A DNA stretch of 63,210 nucleotides, the filler included, from Craspedostauros australis (Eukaryota): the NCBI GenBank assembly GCA_030167865.1. It is 21 parts of 21 records of this genome, joined end to end, with 100 filler letters (N's around TTAATTAATTAA, not from the genome) between each part and the next. Parts side by side here need not be neighbours in the genome. Positions count along the whole stretch, not along the records: positions 59,542 to 61,382 come from JALAGF010001769.1; positions 61,483 to 63,210 come from JALAGF010001771.1; 19 more parts are not named here. One strand, 5' to 3'. Shown one piece after another: positions 59,543-63,210 of the stretch (within the stretch, counting starts at the first letter, position 1; every line of letters begins with the position of its first letter). The notes under the pieces were generated by a model, which saw only the letters and a program-made list of their open reading frames with translations, ran no database searches and had not been told where the DNA came from. Both the position numbers and the translations under genes were made by a program.

Positions 59543-60991
59543 GTACAAGGCTCTCATGGACCCCCTGTCCGAGATGTGAAGCCGCCAGCGCCAGCACCAA
59601 CCACAACAACAAAGCGCGAAGCAACAAACAACGAGAAGGGCATTGTGGATGCCATGGGGTCGTTGGGGTTGAGAACTGTTGATCGCGCCATGAGCCCCGC
59701 TCTGGACATGGTGAAGCTGGGTTCATTCACAGAGCGTGCCTTCGATCCGCTCACAGCTGCCAGTGGACATGGTCGCTATCGCGAGGGGATTCACGTGTTT
59801 GTGGTCCTTGACCCGAAAGTGGATCCAGAATCAGTGACACTCAGCACAGAAGATGAAGGATGGACACTCAAGCTCACGTACAAGGTACCAAGAATGTATT
59901 TTACAGCTGAATGCATCTATGGGGTTTATGGCTATGATGCTGGCTTCTCGACCAGCCTTGCTGCTGCCAAGAACTACTTTCAGGACCTCGCTCGCAAGGT
60001 CACTGACGAAGCAGGAGAGCTCGTCGTCACCTGCCACTTCAACCTCCCCCGCAAGATCGACAGCCTCTTCCGCAACGTCTTGACGAAGGAGCTCGAAGAC
60101 ACCAACTTCGAGGTAGTCGAGAACTACCTCGGCACGACCTCTTTGGTCACATTCTGCTTCTTCCAGGAGCATCACAACCAGCTGCAGTTCGGGACAGTCG
60201 GTCGTCGCGGCGTCAAGGGGTTGGACGGATCTGTCCGTGCCTTCTCTTCAGCCATGCCTCCAAAGCCTGCAACTGTGCCAGCAGCAGGCTTTGCCCATCC
60301 ATTTGGTGGCCCAATGCCACCTCGGCCTCATGGTGGTACAGCTGGTGGTCAGCAGCCTGCTCCATTTGGATCTCCAAGCCCCAATCATGGCGCCTTCGCG
60401 ACTCCTCCTGCCACCAACCACTTCACTGGGCAGATGGACGCCATGCGGCAGCAGATGGAACGCGAGGCTGCAGCGCGCATCGCTCAGGCCCACGAGGAAG
60501 CCCGGAAGACCCGTGCCGAATGCGAGGCTCTCCTGCGTCAAGCAAAAGAGCGCTCTCATATGGATGCCCAAGCGAAGGCGCAGTTGGAGCGCGAAGCGAC
60601 AGCGAAGTTTGCGCAAATGCGCAACGAAGTTGCTGCGCGCGAGTTTCGTGCCAACTCGCGCATGGCGGTGCTCGAGGAGCAGCTGCGCACGGCTCGGAAC
60701 TTGGAGGCCATGGCAGCTGCCAATCCTGGCCTGCGGTCTCCCAGTGGGAGCATCCCCGATGCCGCCATCAGTTCCTCCCAATCCAGCAGCCAGGAGAGTG
60801 TTGCCACGCACACCATCGAGATGGAGATGGTGGGCCTGACTGGAAGTGTGCGCCCCCGCAACGATGAAGATGCCCCACGCCGTGATGATGTGATCCGCAG
60901 CCGCGTGGGCGATTTGGGTGCAGGCGGCAGTGGAACTGGCGGATTGAGTGGCAGCGTGGTGTCCACAGATGGGCGAACAGAGCACGCATAA
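59543..60991 (+). CDS. Hypothetical protein, 5' truncated: globular beta-rich domain, Pro/Gly linker, coiled coil
   Basis: The frame is open from the contig start for ~480 codons, with heptad-like MRQQMEREAAARIAQAHEEARK. Confidence 0.7.
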   Translation, partial: VQGSHGPPVRDVKPPAPAPTTTTKREATNNEKGIVDAMGSLGLRTVDRAMSPALDMVKLGSFTERAFDPLTAASGHGRYREGIHVFVVLDPKVDPESVTLSTEDEGWTLKLTYKVPRMYFTAECIYGVYGYDAGFSTSLAAAKNYFQDLARKVTDEAGELVVTCHFNLPRKIDSLFRNVLTKELEDTNFEVVENYLGTTSLVTFCFFQEHHNQLQFGTVGRRGVKGLDGSVRAFSSAMPPKPATVPAAGFAHPFGGPMPPRPHGGTAGGQQPAPFGSPSPNHGAFATPPATNHFTGQMDAMRQQMEREAAARIAQAHEEARKTRAECEALLRQAKERSHMDAQAKAQLEREATAKFAQMRNEVAAREFRANSRMAVLEEQLRTARNLEAMAAANPGLRSPSGSIPDAAISSSQSSSQESVATHTIEMEMVGLTGSVRPRNDEDAPRRDDVIRSRVGDLGAGGSGTGGLSGSVVSTDGRTEHA

Positions 60992-61483
60992 AATGAGAGC
61001 ACACCGCACCAGCCTGGGTGCGTCAACACAAGAGAGCACGACAACAGCAACAACATCACAGAAAGCACGACAACAGCAACACAGGAAGCACAACAACAAC
61101 AACACAGGAAGCACGACAACAACAACACAAAGAGAGGAGCAACCATCCCAAACCACAACGCAGAGAGCTTTGCATTCTCCCTGGAAGAGATGGTGCCACC
61201 AACGAGAAAACAACAGAAACAGAAACAAACAAGGAGAGGGCTGATCAAGTACCTCATTAGCGATAATTCAGTAGTAGCAAAACAGCACGATGGGTGCAAG
61301 AAACTGTTCAGCTTCTTTGTTGCGTTTTAGTCTTGCCGATTCCGACAGATAAAGTTGGATTTTCTCCTTTTCCGACAACTCCNNNNNNNNNNNNNNNNNN
61401 NNNNNNNNNNNNNNNNNNNNNNNNNNTTAATTAATTAANNNNNNNNNNNNNNNNNNNNNNNNNNNNNNNNNNNNNNNNNNNNC

Positions 61484-63210
61484 GCGAGTGCATGTGAGTT
61501 GATGAATCAGAGCAAGATCAATCCCTTCATCACAGGAGTGACCTTCGTTGGTGAAGGTGCATGCACTAGCGCGCAATCCTGCAAGGGAGTGGGACGCCGT
61601 TCTCATGGTGATGTGACCATCCAGGAGGGTGCGTGTATCGGTACCGAAGCATGTACTTCAGCTGGACGCCGCGTCGCACAATCCGCACCATCCTTTCGCT
61701 ATCAAAGTCACATCCACATTGGCTCGAATGCTTGCGTTGGCAGCAATGCCTGCAGGCTTGCCCATTCCACTGTGAGTCATTTTCCTGGTGGCAAGATTGC
61801 AGGAAGCCTGACCATCGGCGATGGTGGTTGTGCTGATGAAGGCTCATGCGAGAAGCTTGGCTTGAATGACAGGATGAGGACGGATATCATCGTCCCTCCT
61901 GGTGGTTGTGGCGGTGTTCAGAGCTGCTGGGCATGCATGACGAAGACAGAGTGCAACTTTGATGAGGTGTATCTTATCAGTGATGCGGAGGAAGCCTGTC
62001 CCAAGGGAGGCAGGGACACAAACTTCCTTCCAACGGGTGACAAGGTGGAGGAGTATTGCGTTGGTAAGGACACATTGCCAACTGAGTGTCCGACGTTCTT
62101 TCCTACCCCATTTCCCACCGTGTCGGTTGAACCCACATCTGTTCCCACATCGGCCCCAACAGCGGCTCCAACGGCGGCTCCAACAGCGGCTCCGACATCG
62201 GCTCCGACATCGTCCCCGACGCCAGTTCCTACATCGGCTCCAACGCCAGCTCCCACATCGGTTCCTACTTCAGCTCCCACATCGATCCCAACTATCACCC
62301 GGGCAACCTTATCCGTAGGATGTCTCTCAACACCGGGAGATGGCATCTCAACGTTCAATGCGATTACTGGTGACGTAGTGTGCGATGGTGCAACAGGCAC
62401 ATGCGCGGACTTCGTCTCCATGGTTGATGCTCTGACTGATGAGGGGAAGAGCAAGATGGTCAAGAGCATCTTTGGATGCAACGATGAAGACCCTCCACAG
62501 CCTGTGGCGTTGCAGGTGGCGCAGAAACGCTTTGACAAGATCAAGAACGACGAAGGTGTGACCAGCGCATTGTTGGCGATAGCGAAGGAGGACACGAAGC
62601 TCTTCACTGGGAGCGGGACTGTGGTGNCGAAGGCATGCAATGGCTCATGCTGCCGTGGTGGTAGTGCTTGCACCGTTCAACCTGCTAATGGTGGTGTCAT
62701 GACAGTGAGCTCAGGTTCATGTACCGAGTCTCAGGCATGCGGACGCACACGTCCCAACGCAATCATACTTGACAGCTGCAAGGGACCATCTTCTTGCCGC
62801 GAGTTGGGCGCTTTCTCAGTTCAGCCAGCTGCTGGTGTCGAAGTCGGACACAGTGTGATTGGGCCAAGAGCTTGTGTTGGATCGCTGAGTTGTGCATTTA
62901 TGGGGGTTCATACCTTTGGCGATATACGAGTTGAAGAAGGAGCATGTGATGCATTAGAGGCATGCGCGAACCTTGCGCAGAAGGGCATCCAAGGGTCTAC
63001 AACCACGACACCGGTCGTGGTAAGCGTCTTCATTGGAAAGAATGCGTGCCAAAGGAATTCCGCTTGTCGGCGTTTACATAGCTCAAATACCAAAATTCGA
63101 GGAAGCGTGATCATCGAAGACGGTGCGTGCTCGGGTGCCAACACGTGCAGTCTTCTTGGCCTCAGCGACAGTGCAACCAATGACATCATCATCAGAGCAG
63201 GAGTCTGTAC
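61484..63210 (+). CDS. Cys-repeat (IGxxACxGxxAC)/PT-linker extracellular protein, truncated at both ends and absent from the ORF track
   Basis: Manual translation is stop-free for 575 codons: FVGEGACTSAQSC, IQEGACIGTEAC, IGSNACVGSNAC, (PTxA)n, IGPRACVGSLSC, IEDGACSGANTC. Confidence 0.9.

Overview
This window is eukaryotic, intron-poor, roughly 50% GC DNA that looks like a diatom draft assembly. The taxon is inferred from RXL/KxxK- and PT-rich secreted proteins and Copia-type elements. It is not one locus: 21 short contigs are joined by 20 artificial 100-bp spacers (N44-TTAATTAATTAA-N44), so adjacency across spacers means nothing. The host genes are an NRPS-like fatty acyl-AMP ligase-carrier-Pls-type membrane synthetase (plus the N-terminus of a paralogue), three PT-stalk/Cys-repeat extracellular proteins (one missed by the ORF track), a probable GPI-anchored Cys-rich surface protein, a tandem class III nucleotide cyclase, a Crinkler-like P-loop NTPase, a MORN protein, a GFA/DUF6151-like protein, a DUF2306-like membrane protein, two alpha-kinase C-termini and an ankyrin-BTB pseudogene. 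The mobile DNA comprises Copia gag and RT fragments, piggyBac, Tc1/mariner-like and Sola-like transposase fragments, and nested ~800-bp solo-LTR-like elements with 6-bp target duplications, including a filled/empty site pair. The best candidate for an undescribed system is the FAAL-ACP-(2TM+LbH)x3 synthetase family. All family calls come from motif recognition by eye, not database searches.
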